Assembly: GCA_945868305.1 (NCBI GenBank)
Contig: CAMBKU010000002.1
Coordinates: 6,752 to 70,751, forward strand
DNA length: 64,000 bases
Direction: 5' to 3'
From: an uncultured Lachnospiraceae bacterium
GTDB lineage: Bacteria > Bacillota > Clostridia > Lachnospirales > Lachnospiraceae
Below the pieces are notes generated by a model. The model had not been told where the DNA came from. It saw only the letters and a list, made by a program, of their open reading frames with translations, and searched no databases. Of this stretch, positions 37,391 through 48,345 are shown piece after piece. Positions within the stretch are counted from its first letter, which is position 1, and each line of letters starts with the position of its first letter. The position numbers and the translations under genes are program-made.

Positions 37391-39697
37391 TCATTTTTCC
37401 TGCATATTTTCCTGCATCGGATTTTCGATACGCGGAAAACAAACTGATACTTTAAACAGATCTCCGTCCAGGCCGATTGAAAACCTTCCATCCATAAGTC
37501 CCGTCAGATTCTTCGCTATGGAAAGCCCTAGTCCGCTTCCCTCCGTAGTACGAGCTGTGTCTCCACGAATAAAGCGCTCCGTCAACTCTGTAGTATCCAC
37601 TTTGATTTCCTGTTCAGAAATATTTTTAATAGAAAACTCCATTTCTGTTTCGGTAGCTTCCACCGTTACATACACTCTCGTATGTGCCAGCGCATATTTT
37701 GCAACGTTGTTATAAAGATTCTCCACAACGCGCCAGATACGCCTTCCATCTGCCATGATATATACCGGCTCCTTTGGAAGCTTTGTAATTGTTGTCAAAT
37801 CCTTCTTTTCAAATTTTTCGTTAAATTCCCCTCCGGTCTGATACACCAGTTCTACAAAATCAATGCACTGCATATGCAGTTCTATATTCCCCGAACTGAT
37901 CTTCGAAGCTTCCACCAAATCCTCGGTAAGCTGCTTTAACCGCTGCGCCTTAGCGTCCAGAATGTCTACATATTCTTTCAGTCGTTCATTCTCAATATGT
38001 TCCATTTTTATCAGGTTTACATAATTTATAATCGAAGTAAGTGGCGTTTTAATATCATGGGAAACATTTGTAATCAAATCTGCCTTCATCCGCTCATTTT
38101 TAGTGTTTTCATCCACCGCACGATACAGACCGTCACCGATATTATTCACCGCATCCGCAAAACTTTTATTTCCACCATAAAAACCCTCGGTATCTATCTT
38201 AAACTTAAGGTTTCCCTCTGCAATCTTATTCACACCCTCCAAAATCTTATTTCGCTGGATAGAGTTGCGCAGCATATAATATGCACCTGCTGCCATTAAA
38301 CAGACAGCAAACAGCGCTGCCAGAACACTTCTTCCGACAAATGTCTCATAAACCAGCAGTAAAAACAGTAGATTGCCTCCGATGAAATAAAGCATTATCC
38401 GCGCCGTAATCCGCACATTAGAAAAAACTTTTCTGATTCCACTTAAAATCCAGTAAATAAGACTGCTTTTCCAGAGCATATCCGCTTTCACACGTCTTAC
38501 CAGGCTCAAATACAGTACCAAGAACACACTATCGCATACATAAGTCATCGTTCCTGCCATTATGAGCATGCCAGGTATTTTCCAGTTTCCATAGACAATT
38601 TGTACTGCCACAACCGTGGTAATCACCAGGAGCAAAACCAGCGCCAGAAAGATAAACTCCGCCTTTATCTTATCCACCAGGTTCATGCGAATCTTATCCT
38701 CCTGTCCTTCTACCCGGCCCGCCGTCGTAGTGAGCAATACCAAAGTCATAATAAAAGATATGACACTGCATGCAAGAAGAAAAATCCCTCCGATGATCCA
38801 TGGATGATACTTCTGAAATTCCCGGTTTGCACTCGCAAAAGAATCAGCATAAGGAAAATCCGTGTCCACCGAAATCAATACCATCGTATTTTCTCCGACC
38901 GCTCCGGTCATACGTTCCAACTGCTCGTAAAAATAATCCTCCATCCCATCCACACTGGTGCGCATATGCAGTGAAACATTGTCATAATAGAAGTAGCTTC
39001 CCCAGTTTTCTTCCACATTTTTCATTTCGTCCTTCGATTCCTGGTCCGTCATATTGGTATACACATGGGAATGTCTGTCACCGGATATCCAGTATCTCAC
39101 ATTGGAATCATTAACATCATATTTATTCAGGTAACGCTTATACAATTCGCTATCTGACCGGATACTGTCCAACACCTGTTCCGTCATCTGGGAATTGCGT
39201 TTCGCGTTATCATAATCCATGGAACCATCCTCCAGGCTCTGATGAATACTCTTTCCAGACAGTGGCGTATATGCCTCCACCAGAATGCCATTTTCATCTT
39301 CTTCATACCCGGCATCCGCCCACTTGATCAAATCTCCCAGACGATACTGTATCCTCTGCCCGAAACCGTTCTCTCCATCCATCTGCTGTCCGGCAACGAT
39401 TCTGCCATTGGCATAGGCAACGATATCTATCTCCTTATCCTCGTCATAAACACCATTTACTTCAAACTGTTCCTTTAAGATCACGTATTTTATAATTTCC
39501 TGCGAGGTCTCTTTAAATACCTCCGCAAAGTACCCGGAATCCGTAAAAGACTGGTTTAAGATATCATTCGTATCAAACATTTTCCGACCAAACAGTGCAC
39601 TGAGCAATACAATGGAAACCACAAGCAGTACTGCAAATACCTGATGCAATATAACGAACAACACTTTCATCCCTGTCGTATGCCGCAATTTTTTCAT
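37391..39697 (-). CDS. Membrane sensor histidine kinase
   Basis: Multiple TMs, large extracellular domain, SHDIKTPLT, NVAKYA, GSGLGL. Confidence 0.92.
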   Translation of the reverse strand: MKKLRHTTGMKVLFVILHQVFAVLLVVSIVLLSALFGRKMFDTNDILNQSFTDSGYFAEVFKETSQEIIKYVILKEQFEVNGVYDEDKEIDIVAYANGRIVAGQQMDGENGFGQRIQYRLGDLIKWADAGYEEDENGILVEAYTPLSGKSIHQSLEDGSMDYDNAKRNSQMTEQVLDSIRSDSELYKRYLNKYDVNDSNVRYWISGDRHSHVYTNMTDQESKDEMKNVEENWGSYFYYDNVSLHMRTSVDGMEDYFYEQLERMTGAVGENTMVLISVDTDFPYADSFASANREFQKYHPWIIGGIFLLACSVISFIMTLVLLTTTAGRVEGQEDKIRMNLVDKIKAEFIFLALVLLLVITTVVAVQIVYGNWKIPGMLIMAGTMTYVCDSVFLVLYLSLVRRVKADMLWKSSLIYWILSGIRKVFSNVRITARIMLYFIGGNLLFLLLVYETFVGRSVLAALFAVCLMAAGAYYMLRNSIQRNKILEGVNKIAEGNLKFKIDTEGFYGGNKSFADAVNNIGDGLYRAVDENTKNERMKADLITNVSHDIKTPLTSIINYVNLIKMEHIENERLKEYVDILDAKAQRLKQLTEDLVEASKISSGNIELHMQCIDFVELVYQTGGEFNEKFEKKDLTTITKLPKEPVYIMADGRRIWRVVENLYNNVAKYALAHTRVYVTVEATETEMEFSIKNISEQEIKVDTTELTERFIRGDTARTTEGSGLGLSIAKNLTGLMDGRFSIGLDGDLFKVSVCFPRIENPMQENMQEK

Positions 39698-39716
39698 GGA
39701 ATACCTGCCTTTATCT

Positions 39717-40406
39717 TTAATTCTTATCCACCTTATAACCTACGCCCCAAACCACTTTCAAGTAACGCGGTTCTTTCGGGTTAATTTCAATTTTTTCCCG
39801 AATATGCCGGATATGTACCGCTACCGTATTATCAGCTCCGATTGCATCCTCATTCCAGATGTTTTCATAAATCTGATTAATCGAAAAAACTTTACCCTGG
39901 TTTTTTACTAAAAGCAACAGAATATTGTATTCTATGGGTGTCAGCTTCACGACCTCACCATCTACTGTAACTTCCTTTAATTCATCATTGATGGCGAGTC
40001 CTCCTACCTGATACACCGCCTGTCCGTTTTCTGCTGCATTGCCAAGCTTCGTATAACGACGAAGCTGCGATTTTACTCTCGCTACCAGTTCCAGAGGATT
40101 AAACGGCTTTGTGATATAATCATCCGCACCCACATTCAAACCAAGTATCTTATCCGTATCCTCGGATTTTGCAGACAAAATAATAATCGGTATGCTGCTT
40201 TCCTCACGAATCTTTAATGTGGCACGAATTCCGTCTAACTTCGGCATCATCACATCAATAATCAGAAGATGTATTTCTTCTTCCTTTAATATTTTTAAGG
40301 CATCTTCACCGTCATATGCCCGAAAGACCTCATAGCCCTCCTGTTGCAGGTATATTTCGATTGCTTCTACAATCTCTTTATCATCATCGCATACTAAAAT
40401 ATTCAA
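39717..40406 (-). CDS. OmpR/PhoB-family response regulator
   Basis: ILVCDDD, IDVMMP, KPF, winged-helix VHIRHIREKIE..VWGVGY. Confidence 0.95.
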   Translation of the reverse strand: MNILVCDDDKEIVEAIEIYLQQEGYEVFRAYDGEDALKILKEEEIHLLIIDVMMPKLDGIRATLKIREESSIPIIILSAKSEDTDKILGLNVGADDYITKPFNPLELVARVKSQLRRYTKLGNAAENGQAVYQVGGLAINDELKEVTVDGEVVKLTPIEYNILLLLVKNQGKVFSINQIYENIWNEDAIGADNTVAVHIRHIREKIEINPKEPRYLKVVWGVGYKVDKN

Positions 40407-40531
40407 TATTTTCCCACCCTTTCTGTTCCAGTTTAACAGTATTTTCTTAAATATCTTCTCTCGTATTTCTTAATATATCTTTAAGATTCAATTTTATATC
40501 GTACACATTACAACGCAAATTATAGCGCAAA

Positions 40532-40569
40532 AAAGCACCCCCGTAAACCACATTCAACGGGGATGCTTT
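40532..40569 (-). terminator. Terminator after ftsH
   Basis: AAAGCA-CCCCGT/ACGGGG-ATGCTTT imperfect inverted repeat with T6 tail on the minus strand. Confidence 0.65.
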
Positions 40570-40598
40570 CTGCACTTATACCAATCGAAACCCTTCGC

Positions 40599-42422
40599 TT
40601 ATTCTTCCTTTTCATCCAGAAGCTTCATAAATTCTTCTCCTGTAATCGTCTCCTCCTCGTAGAGATATTTTGCAATCCTATGAAGCTTATCCATATTACT
40701 GGAAAGCAGTTCTTCGGCATTTTTATATGCCTTCTTTACGAGCGCAACTACCATATCATCGATGCTCTTTGCTGTGTCCGGTGAGCAGGAAAGAGTACTG
40801 TCCCCGCCAAGATATGCGTTTGTCTCTGTCTCAAAAGCGACCATACCAAATTCATCACTCATACCATATTTCGTAATCATGGCGCGGGCAAGCTTTGTTG
40901 CCTGTTCAATATCATTAGACGCCCCTGTAGAAATAGAATGGAAAATCAACTCCTCTGCACATCTTCCGGCTGTCAAAGTTGCAATCTTATTCTCAAGTTC
41001 TTCCTTGGACATCAGATTATGCTCACCTTCATCCACCTGCATCGTATAACCTAAAGCCCCTGAGGTTCTCGGAACAATCGTAATCTTTGTGACCGGTGCA
41101 GAATGCGTCTGAAGCGCTGCCACTAACGCATGACCTACCTCATGATAGGAAACTGTCAATTTTTCTTTATTGGATAGGATCTTGTTTTTTTTCTGATAGC
41201 CTGCAATGACTGTCTCAATACTTTCTTCCAGATCCGCCTGCGTTACATAAGAACGTTTCATCTTTACTGCATGAAGCGCTGCCTCATTTACCATATTGGC
41301 AAGCTCTGCACCGGAAGCTCCCGCTGCAGCCCTTGCAATCGCATTAAAATCTACATTATCACCCAGCTTCACCTTCTTTGCATGAACACGCAGAATAGCT
41401 TCCCTTCCTGCCAAATCCGGCAATTCCACCGGAACCCTGCGGTCGAAGCGCCCCGGACGAAGCAACGCAGGGTCTAACACATCCGGCCGGTTCGTTGCCG
41501 CAAGAATGACAACTCCCTTTGATCCATCAAAACCGTCCATCTCTGTCAAAAGCTGATTTAAGGTCTGCTCCCGCTCATCATTTCCACTCATACCCTGGCT
41601 GTCACGCTTCTTTCCGATAGTATCAATCTCATCGATAAAGACGATACACGGCGCTTTCTCATTTGCCTGCCGGAACAAATCGCGAACTTTAGAAGCCCCC
41701 ATACCAACAAACATCTCTACAAATTCTGAACCGGAAATGGAGAAAAACGGTACATTAGCTTCTCCTGCAACTGCCTTTGCAAGCAGTGTTTTTCCGGTAC
41801 CAGGAGGGCCAACCAAAAGAGCTCCTTTCGGCATGGACGCACCGATTTCCCTGTACTTTTCAGGATTATGCAAAAAATCCACGATTTCCTGCAAAATCTC
41901 CTTTGCCTCATCCTCTCCTGCTACATCATCAAATTTGATTCCGGTCTCCGACTGAACATATATCTTGGCATTGCTCTTACCAAACTGCATGGAACCAGAA
42001 CCACCGCCCATCTTCTTCATCATAGATCTGCCAAGCAGTTCTCCCAGACCGATAAAGATTACGAGCGGAACAATCCAGGTCAGTAAAAATGAAAGAAACG
42101 GATTCATCTCCTTTTCTACTACTCTGCCAAAGGAACATCCCGCATCATAAAGCCGATCCACCAACTGCGGATCATCAAAGGTCGTCGTCTCATAATACTT
42201 CGGTTCTTCACTTTTATCCTGGAAATAAATCATGCCATCTTCAATCTGAACCTTTGACACCTGTTTTTCCTCAATCATGGAAAGAAATGTTCCATAATCC
42301 ACACTTTCCACCTCTGACTGGAACAACCGTGGGACTAAAAGGAAATTCAAAAGAAGCATAATTATCAGTACCAGCATATAATAAAACATCAACGGTTTTT
42401 TCGGTTTATTCACTGTCTGCAT
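40599..42422 (-). CDS. ftsH: ATP-dependent zinc metalloprotease FtsH
   Basis: Two TMs, [35 protein letters not shown]. Confidence 0.95.
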   Translation of the reverse strand: MQTVNKPKKPLMFYYMLVLIIMLLLNFLLVPRLFQSEVESVDYGTFLSMIEEKQVSKVQIEDGMIYFQDKSEEPKYYETTTFDDPQLVDRLYDAGCSFGRVVEKEMNPFLSFLLTWIVPLVIFIGLGELLGRSMMKKMGGGSGSMQFGKSNAKIYVQSETGIKFDDVAGEDEAKEILQEIVDFLHNPEKYREIGASMPKGALLVGPPGTGKTLLAKAVAGEANVPFFSISGSEFVEMFVGMGASKVRDLFRQANEKAPCIVFIDEIDTIGKKRDSQGMSGNDEREQTLNQLLTEMDGFDGSKGVVILAATNRPDVLDPALLRPGRFDRRVPVELPDLAGREAILRVHAKKVKLGDNVDFNAIARAAAGASGAELANMVNEAALHAVKMKRSYVTQADLEESIETVIAGYQKKNKILSNKEKLTVSYHEVGHALVAALQTHSAPVTKITIVPRTSGALGYTMQVDEGEHNLMSKEELENKIATLTAGRCAEELIFHSISTGASNDIEQATKLARAMITKYGMSDEFGMVAFETETNAYLGGDSTLSCSPDTAKSIDDMVVALVKKAYKNAEELLSSNMDKLHRIAKYLYEEETITGEEFMKLLDEKEE

Positions 42423-42537
42423 AACACAATCTCCCTTTTTCTTTTTTATTGAGTTAATATTATATCTGTGTTTTCCTTTTGTCAATGCAATTAATATTTT
42501 TATAATAAATTTTATTTACATTTTAGATTTTCCTTTG

Positions 42538-42566
42538 TTGACAATATTTTTCTGGCATCATACAAT
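42538..42566 (+). promoter_or_regulatory. sigmaA promoter divergent from ftsH
   Basis: TTGACA-N17-TACAAT. Confidence 0.7.
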
Positions 42567-42599
42567 AGTAACATCAAACAGATGAATGGAGACGCCCGG

Positions 42600-43202
42600 A
42601 TGAAAAAACACTATGCGTTTATTCCTTTAAAAGAAAGCGATATTCAAATATTTCGCAGATCCCTGATCGAAAATTTCTGGTTTCGTCCGGTTTTCGGTAC
42701 GCTTGTCATTGCACTTTTATGCTGGATTGGTTTTACCCATACTGCTGTGCTGAAAGAAAATTTTGTCTGTCTCACCCTTTATCTGCTCGCCATTATTTTT
42801 GTATTATATGAGTCTTTGGGGGAGATTCGGCGACTTCTTTTTATCAGCCGACTAAAGAAGTCCAATCTGCTTTCCTTCATCCATGCTGCAAAAGCGGACG
42901 CTTATTTCTATAATGAAGAAATTCCAAACGGCTTTATCGTCCAGGTAGAACCTGTCAATTTTCCCGATATCGTTAAGTGTCGTGAGGAGCTGTCCCATAT
43001 TTTGGAACAATTTGCAGAAAGTCTTCCGCTTTATAATTACTTAAACACCTGCTTCAACAGCAAGGATGCCTCTTTAATCAACAAAGCTGTCATTTATACT
43101 GAAATTATAAAAGACCAGCTTGCAAGCGGCAACCGTGCTATTCTCGCCACCCATGACAAACTGGTCAATTATATAAATTATGATAAGGAGGAGACTTCCT
43201 AG
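42600..43202 (+). CDS. Hypothetical membrane protein (2 TM)
   Basis: GGAG RBS before ATG 42600, own promoter, two hydrophobic segments. Confidence 0.7.
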   Translation: MKKHYAFIPLKESDIQIFRRSLIENFWFRPVFGTLVIALLCWIGFTHTAVLKENFVCLTLYLLAIIFVLYESLGEIRRLLFISRLKKSNLLSFIHAAKADAYFYNEEIPNGFIVQVEPVNFPDIVKCREELSHILEQFAESLPLYNYLNTCFNSKDASLINKAVIYTEIIKDQLASGNRAILATHDKLVNYINYDKEETS

Positions 43203-43954
43203 TCTTCTCCTTTTCGTTTCTGTTCCTGTTTCCATTTAAAATACTCTGCATCAAGATTCACCTTTATCTCCGGCGCTTCTTTTGGTTGAACCACTTCTTC
43301 TGCAGTTACTTTAACTTCCTGCTCGACCTCTGGTTCTTCCTCCATCTCAAGGGGAATTCCATTCTGGATAAAGTATTCTTTATTGATTTTTATCTCCGGC
43401 TCCGGGTATGCCGATTCCTTTTTCATCTTCGTTTTCCAGGTTTTTACACTGCGACGTTCCTTCTCCAGCTCTTTGTTGCGTTCTTCTATAATCTGCAGAT
43501 ATTTTTTGGTATCTGCCAGATCATGAAGCTGCCCCTCCAGTTCCAACTGGTTTTCCCGCACTGTGTCCTTTCGTTCATTCAGCTCGTATTTCATTCTGCT
43601 AAAAACTTCATCTATGGAATCTGATGCATCCTGGATAATGCTCTGGATATGATTCAGCGCTTCATTAGTGTACATCACGGATGCTGCATAGACATCCTCT
43701 GCCATTTTTCCGGCATCCTTTACAATTTTCTCGCCCTTACGTCTTGACTTGCGTTCTGCCTCATCATAGCTCTGCTGCGTCATCTCATATTCATCCATAA
43801 TATTATATACACAGATATTTAAGTCCTTGAGCAAGCCAAGCAATTCCTGCTTACTGACAATCACCTTGTCCTTTGACTGTCCAGCCGGCTCCCCTTTTGA
43901 AATCAACACATGCATCTTTCTTAATATTTTTTCCAGATTATCCTGTGTACTCAT
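43199..43954 (-). CDS. Hypothetical coiled-coil protein
   Basis: GGGAG RBS; long charged helical sequence; repeated PEIK(I/V)N(K/L)..EYF near C-terminus. Confidence 0.7.
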   Translation of the reverse strand: MSTQDNLEKILRKMHVLISKGEPAGQSKDKVIVSKQELLGLLKDLNICVYNIMDEYEMTQQSYDEAERKSRRKGEKIVKDAGKMAEDVYAASVMYTNEALNHIQSIIQDASDSIDEVFSRMKYELNERKDTVRENQLELEGQLHDLADTKKYLQIIEERNKELEKERRSVKTWKTKMKKESAYPEPEIKINKEYFIQNGIPLEMEEEPEVEQEVKVTAEEVVQPKEAPEIKVNLDAEYFKWKQEQKRKGED

Positions 43955-44051
43955 CTTTTATCTCCCTACAATTCCCCATTATGTCTTTTTCCTGTTCGGT
44001 GATTTTAGACGGTCTGCAAGATTTTTGCTGTCATCCACCACTTTCCCTTTT

Positions 44052-45167
44052 CTATATTTCAATCAACTCATACTGGTCACTGCCAAGACCAATTTTTACG
44101 GCATGCTCTATGCAGGATTTCCAGTTCGTGTCCGGATGAACCATATGGAAATGGTCACCTTCTTCATGGTGATGTTTTTCTATATGATCACTCAAGACGC
44201 TGCCAGAAACCACAGGCTGACGGTTGCAGGCATCCGCGCACGCCACATCCAATGCTACCGGATCAAAGGAAGCAAATATTCCGACATTCGGGATAATCGG
44301 AATATCATTTTCCGCATGACAGTCACAGTTTGGTGATACATCGCAGACCAGAGAAATATGAAAACACGGCCGCTCTTTGCATACTGCCAGACTGTACTCC
44401 GCAATCTTATAATTCAAAATGTCATTGGAATCGATGCTGTTAGCATACACTGCATCTTTCGGACAGACACCGATACATCTGCCACAGCCTACACATTTGG
44501 CAATATCAATGCTTGCCTTTCCATTTGCGATAGACGGCGCATCATGGGCGCAGATTTTTTTACATGCACCACAACCCACACATCTTTCCTGATTCACATG
44601 CGTCTTTCCATCACTGTGCATCTCCATCTTCCCTGCCCGGGAACCGCAGCCCATTCCAATATTTTTTAATGCTCCGCCAAAGCCGGTCGCCTCATGTCCC
44701 TTAAAATGTGTCAGCGAAATAAACACATCAGCATCCATAATAGCTCGTCCGATTTTTGCTTCTTTCACATATTCCCCGTCAATCGGCACATACGCTTCAT
44801 CCGTTCCCTTTAGCCCATCTGCTATAATTACGTGACATCCGGTGGAAAACGGGGAAAAACCATTGGCATATGCCGTGTCCATATGGTCTAACGCATTTTT
44901 TCTGCTTCCCACATAAAGTGTGTTACAGTCTGTGAGAAATGCTTTTCCACCGCATTCTTTTACGACATCTGCGACCACTTTTGCATAGTTCGGACGTAAA
45001 AATGCAAGGTTTCCCATCTCCCCGAAATGTATTTTTATCGCCGCATAGCGATCCTCAAAATCAATATCCTTAATGCCTGCCGTAATGATTAACCTGCGCA
45101 GCTTCTGCAACAGATTTTCGCTTCCCGTAGTTTTAAAATCCGTAAAATATACTTTTGATTTTCCCAT
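44052..45167 (-). CDS. DUF362 protein with 2x[4Fe-4S] ferredoxin domain
   Basis: KIHFGE, TDCNTLY, HFKGH..GGALKN, CVGCGACKKIC, CVGCGRCIGVCP, CDC. Confidence 0.85.
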   Translation of the reverse strand: MGKSKVYFTDFKTTGSENLLQKLRRLIITAGIKDIDFEDRYAAIKIHFGEMGNLAFLRPNYAKVVADVVKECGGKAFLTDCNTLYVGSRKNALDHMDTAYANGFSPFSTGCHVIIADGLKGTDEAYVPIDGEYVKEAKIGRAIMDADVFISLTHFKGHEATGFGGALKNIGMGCGSRAGKMEMHSDGKTHVNQERCVGCGACKKICAHDAPSIANGKASIDIAKCVGCGRCIGVCPKDAVYANSIDSNDILNYKIAEYSLAVCKERPCFHISLVCDVSPNCDCHAENDIPIIPNVGIFASFDPVALDVACADACNRQPVVSGSVLSDHIEKHHHEEGDHFHMVHPDTNWKSCIEHAVKIGLGSDQYELIEI

Positions 45168-45328
45168 ACCCTTTTCCTCCGCTTTTTCCTATTATTATAT
45201 ACTATGCCTTTACTCCAATTCAATCACTTTCCCAAAGAAATCTCAAGAAAGCCGTTCCTTATTTTTTTCAATATGCTATAATAAGAACTTATGAACTACA
45301 CTTTAACAAAAAAGGACGAATTTACTGC

Positions 45329-46603
45329 ATGAATATTGTAAAAACCTATGGTAATTATATAAAAAAATATGCCGGGACACGTCCCGATGTCTCCCGGAAA
45401 ATGATTGATGTCGGTCTGCATCTGGAAAAATTCCGTACTGAGCATTTTGCACCAAAAGAAATGCCAAATGCCTACCGGAAATTAAATACTCTGGGCGTAA
45501 AAAATACTCTCTTTGCTTTGGAACACCCGGAACAGACCATCTGGTCAAACCTCTTTGCCCCAGTGGAAATTTTTCAGTGTTTCGGCTTAAATGCTCTGTC
45601 TATGGAATGTCTCTCCTCCTTTTTGTCGGGTTTTACCTGTGAGGATTATTTTATCGATCAGGCAGAACAGCGAGGCATTGCCCCCACTCTGTGCTCCTAT
45701 CACAAGGACTTCATTGGCGCCGTAAACTCCGGCGTGATACCAAAGGCTGCCTTTGCCGTCACTACTTCCATGATTTGCGACGGAAATATCAACACCTTCC
45801 GCTACATTGAAAAAAATCATCCGATTCACACTTATATGATCGATGTACCAAATACCTATTCCGAAGAAGCTGTTTCCTATCTTGTAACCCAGTTAAAAGA
45901 GCTGATATCCACTCTGGAGGAGCTTACAGGAAAGGTTTTCCACATGGACGAGCTTTCTGCCGTGCTACAAAGAGAAAACCAGTCCAAGGCCTATTACCGG
46001 GAATTTTTAGAATTGCAAAAAACCCGATACTATCCCTCCACGCTGACCCTTCAGATGTATATGCTTTTTGCCACACACTTAAACATCGGCTCCGAAGAAA
46101 CGCTGGATTTATTCCGCAGTTTTGCCGAAGATATTAAAAACTATCCCGAATTTCACGGAAAACGTATTGTGTGGGTACATCTGCTTCCTTTTTATCAGGA
46201 AACCTTAAAACATTATTTCAATCTGGGAAAAGATTATCAAATACAGGTCACGGAAATGAATCTGGACTATATGGATGAACTGGATGTAAACCATCCCTTA
46301 GAGGCTCTTGCTACAAAAATGTTAAATAACCTCTACAACGGTCCTTATGAACGCAAGGCTGCCATGGTCGCAAAACTTGCACGTGAAATGAATGCGGATG
46401 GTGTCATCAATTTCTGCCATTGGGGCTGCAAACAGTCATCCGGTGGTGTTTTCCAGCTCAAAGAAGCTATGAAAAAAGAAAATATCCCGTTACTTGTTTT
46501 AGACGGAGATGCCATGGACCGGCGCAACAGCCATGACGGTCAGATTAAAACCCGGCTGGAAGCGTTCTTAGAGGTCCTTGATAATCAAAACGGAGGTAAC
46601 TAA
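45329..46603 (+). CDS. 2-hydroxyacyl-CoA dehydratase subunit (HgdA/FldB-like)
   Basis: LCSYHK, MICDGN, HWGCKQ, QIKTRLEAF. Confidence 0.85.
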   Translation: MNIVKTYGNYIKKYAGTRPDVSRKMIDVGLHLEKFRTEHFAPKEMPNAYRKLNTLGVKNTLFALEHPEQTIWSNLFAPVEIFQCFGLNALSMECLSSFLSGFTCEDYFIDQAEQRGIAPTLCSYHKDFIGAVNSGVIPKAAFAVTTSMICDGNINTFRYIEKNHPIHTYMIDVPNTYSEEAVSYLVTQLKELISTLEELTGKVFHMDELSAVLQRENQSKAYYREFLELQKTRYYPSTLTLQMYMLFATHLNIGSEETLDLFRSFAEDIKNYPEFHGKRIVWVHLLPFYQETLKHYFNLGKDYQIQVTEMNLDYMDELDVNHPLEALATKMLNNLYNGPYERKAAMVAKLAREMNADGVINFCHWGCKQSSGGVFQLKEAMKKENIPLLVLDGDAMDRRNSHDGQIKTRLEAFLEVLDNQNGGN

Positions 46604-46606
46604 ATT

Positions 46607-48319
46607 ATGCTGGGTTATGTATGTAAATATACACCAATGGAACTGTTTGAATCCATGGGCACAGACATTAAACGTCTCACGCCTTCTGTCACGGATTTCA
46701 ACCATGCAGACACGCTGATGCATGCCAATATCTGCTCTTACACGAAGGCTGTTTTGGAGGAGGTTATGGAACAGGATTATGACGGCGTGATTTTAACCAC
46801 CTGCTGTGACAGCATCCGCCGTCTGTACGACACTTTAAAGAGCCAGTTCCCTGACAAATTTTTCTTTCTTCTCGATATTCCAAGAAAAGTGAACGACTTT
46901 GCTGTAACACTCTACGAAAAACAGCTTCGGGAAATGCTGAGCGCTTACGAGGCCTTTTCCGGAAAAAAATTCGATGAACAGAAGTTCCTTTCCATGATGT
47001 TAAACAAAGCAGCTCTCACAAAGGCAGAGTCAAAAAAGAATGCCGCCGAAATAACGACTGATGTATCAAAGACTTCTGTCAATATCGGCATCATGGGCGC
47101 ACGCTGCAACAACGAAATTCGAGAACTTTTAACCAGTCATCAGGCAAATATTTTATTCGACCTAACCTGCACCGGAATCAGCAGAGATTTTACCGTAGCC
47201 AAAGAAAATGTCCTGAATTCCTATGCAGCTGCGCTTTTAAATCAGATTCCCTGTATGCGGATGCTAAAGGCAGCTTCCAGAGAAACGCTGCTCGACGGTT
47301 TTACGGACCGGCTGGATGGAATCGTTTATCATACAGTAAAGTTCTGTGATTCCTACTCCTATGAATATGCAGATTTTAAACAGCGCTTAAATCTGCCATT
47401 CCTTTTAGTGGAAACGGACTCCACGAAACAATGTGCAGGGCAGATACGCACCCGTGTAGAAGCCTTTGTGGAAGAATTAAAGGTTAAAAAAGGTTATTCC
47501 TTAACCGGACAAAACAAAAAATCTATCAGAAAGGGTGATACTTTGTATACATTAGGCATTGACAGCGGTTCTACCTCCACCAACGCTGTAATTTTAGATG
47601 AAAATAAGAATATCCGGGCATTTTCCGTTGTCCGCACCGGAGCGAAATCCTCCCAGAGTGCCGACGCCGCTTTAGAAGATGTCCTAAAAAAAGCAGGTCT
47701 TACACAAGAAGACATCTCCATCATTGTTTCCACGGGATACGGACGCGTCAGCATTCCCTTTGCAGACAAAACCGTAACCGAAATCAGCTGCCACGGTAAA
47801 GGTGCCCATTTCCTTTTCCCGGATGTCCATACAATTTTGGATATTGGCGGTCAGGACAGCAAAGCCATCCGCTTAAACGACAATGGCGAAGTCGTTGACT
47901 TCGTCATGAACGACAAGTGCGCTGCCGGAACCGGACGTTTTCTGGAAATGATGGCGCGTTCCCTGGAAACCAGCCTCGATGAACTGGGTCCTGTTTCCCT
48001 GCAATCCAAAGAGGACATTGAAATCAGCAGTATGTGCAGCGTTTTCGCCGAATCCGAAGTCATTTCCCTGATTGCCCAGAACAAGGAAATTGCAGACATT
48101 GCTCACGGTATCCATAAGGCCATCGCCGGAAAGGCCATGTCCCTCTTAAAACGGGTTGGCTTAAACGGCGGTTTCATGATGACCGGTGGGGTTGCTAAAA
48201 ATCCTGGGGTTGTTGCCGTTTTGGAAGAACAGCTCGGTGAGAAATTAAATATTTATGAAGAACCGGAAATTGTGGGAGCTTTAGGAGCTGCACTGTATGG
48301 GGTGGAGGAGATGAGATAG
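46607..48319 (+). CDS. 2-hydroxyacyl-CoA dehydratase subunit fused to HgdC-type activase
   Basis: N-half CSYTK, TTCCD, KFCD, QIRTRVEAF; C-half GIDSGSTST, TGYGR, DIGGQDSK, MNDKCAAGTG, SSMCSVFAESE. Confidence 0.88.
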   Translation: MLGYVCKYTPMELFESMGTDIKRLTPSVTDFNHADTLMHANICSYTKAVLEEVMEQDYDGVILTTCCDSIRRLYDTLKSQFPDKFFFLLDIPRKVNDFAVTLYEKQLREMLSAYEAFSGKKFDEQKFLSMMLNKAALTKAESKKNAAEITTDVSKTSVNIGIMGARCNNEIRELLTSHQANILFDLTCTGISRDFTVAKENVLNSYAAALLNQIPCMRMLKAASRETLLDGFTDRLDGIVYHTVKFCDSYSYEYADFKQRLNLPFLLVETDSTKQCAGQIRTRVEAFVEELKVKKGYSLTGQNKKSIRKGDTLYTLGIDSGSTSTNAVILDENKNIRAFSVVRTGAKSSQSADAALEDVLKKAGLTQEDISIIVSTGYGRVSIPFADKTVTEISCHGKGAHFLFPDVHTILDIGGQDSKAIRLNDNGEVVDFVMNDKCAAGTGRFLEMMARSLETSLDELGPVSLQSKEDIEISSMCSVFAESEVISLIAQNKEIADIAHGIHKAIAGKAMSLLKRVGLNGGFMMTGGVAKNPGVVAVLEEQLGEKLNIYEEPEIVGALGAALYGVEEMR

Positions 48320-48345
48320 TCTTCTCCTTTGCAAAATATTTATTA

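Noticed and set aside
43979-44041. Small ORF or leader peptide between DUF362 and the coiled-coil gene
   Set aside because: Only 9-20 codons, weak RBS and no informative composition.
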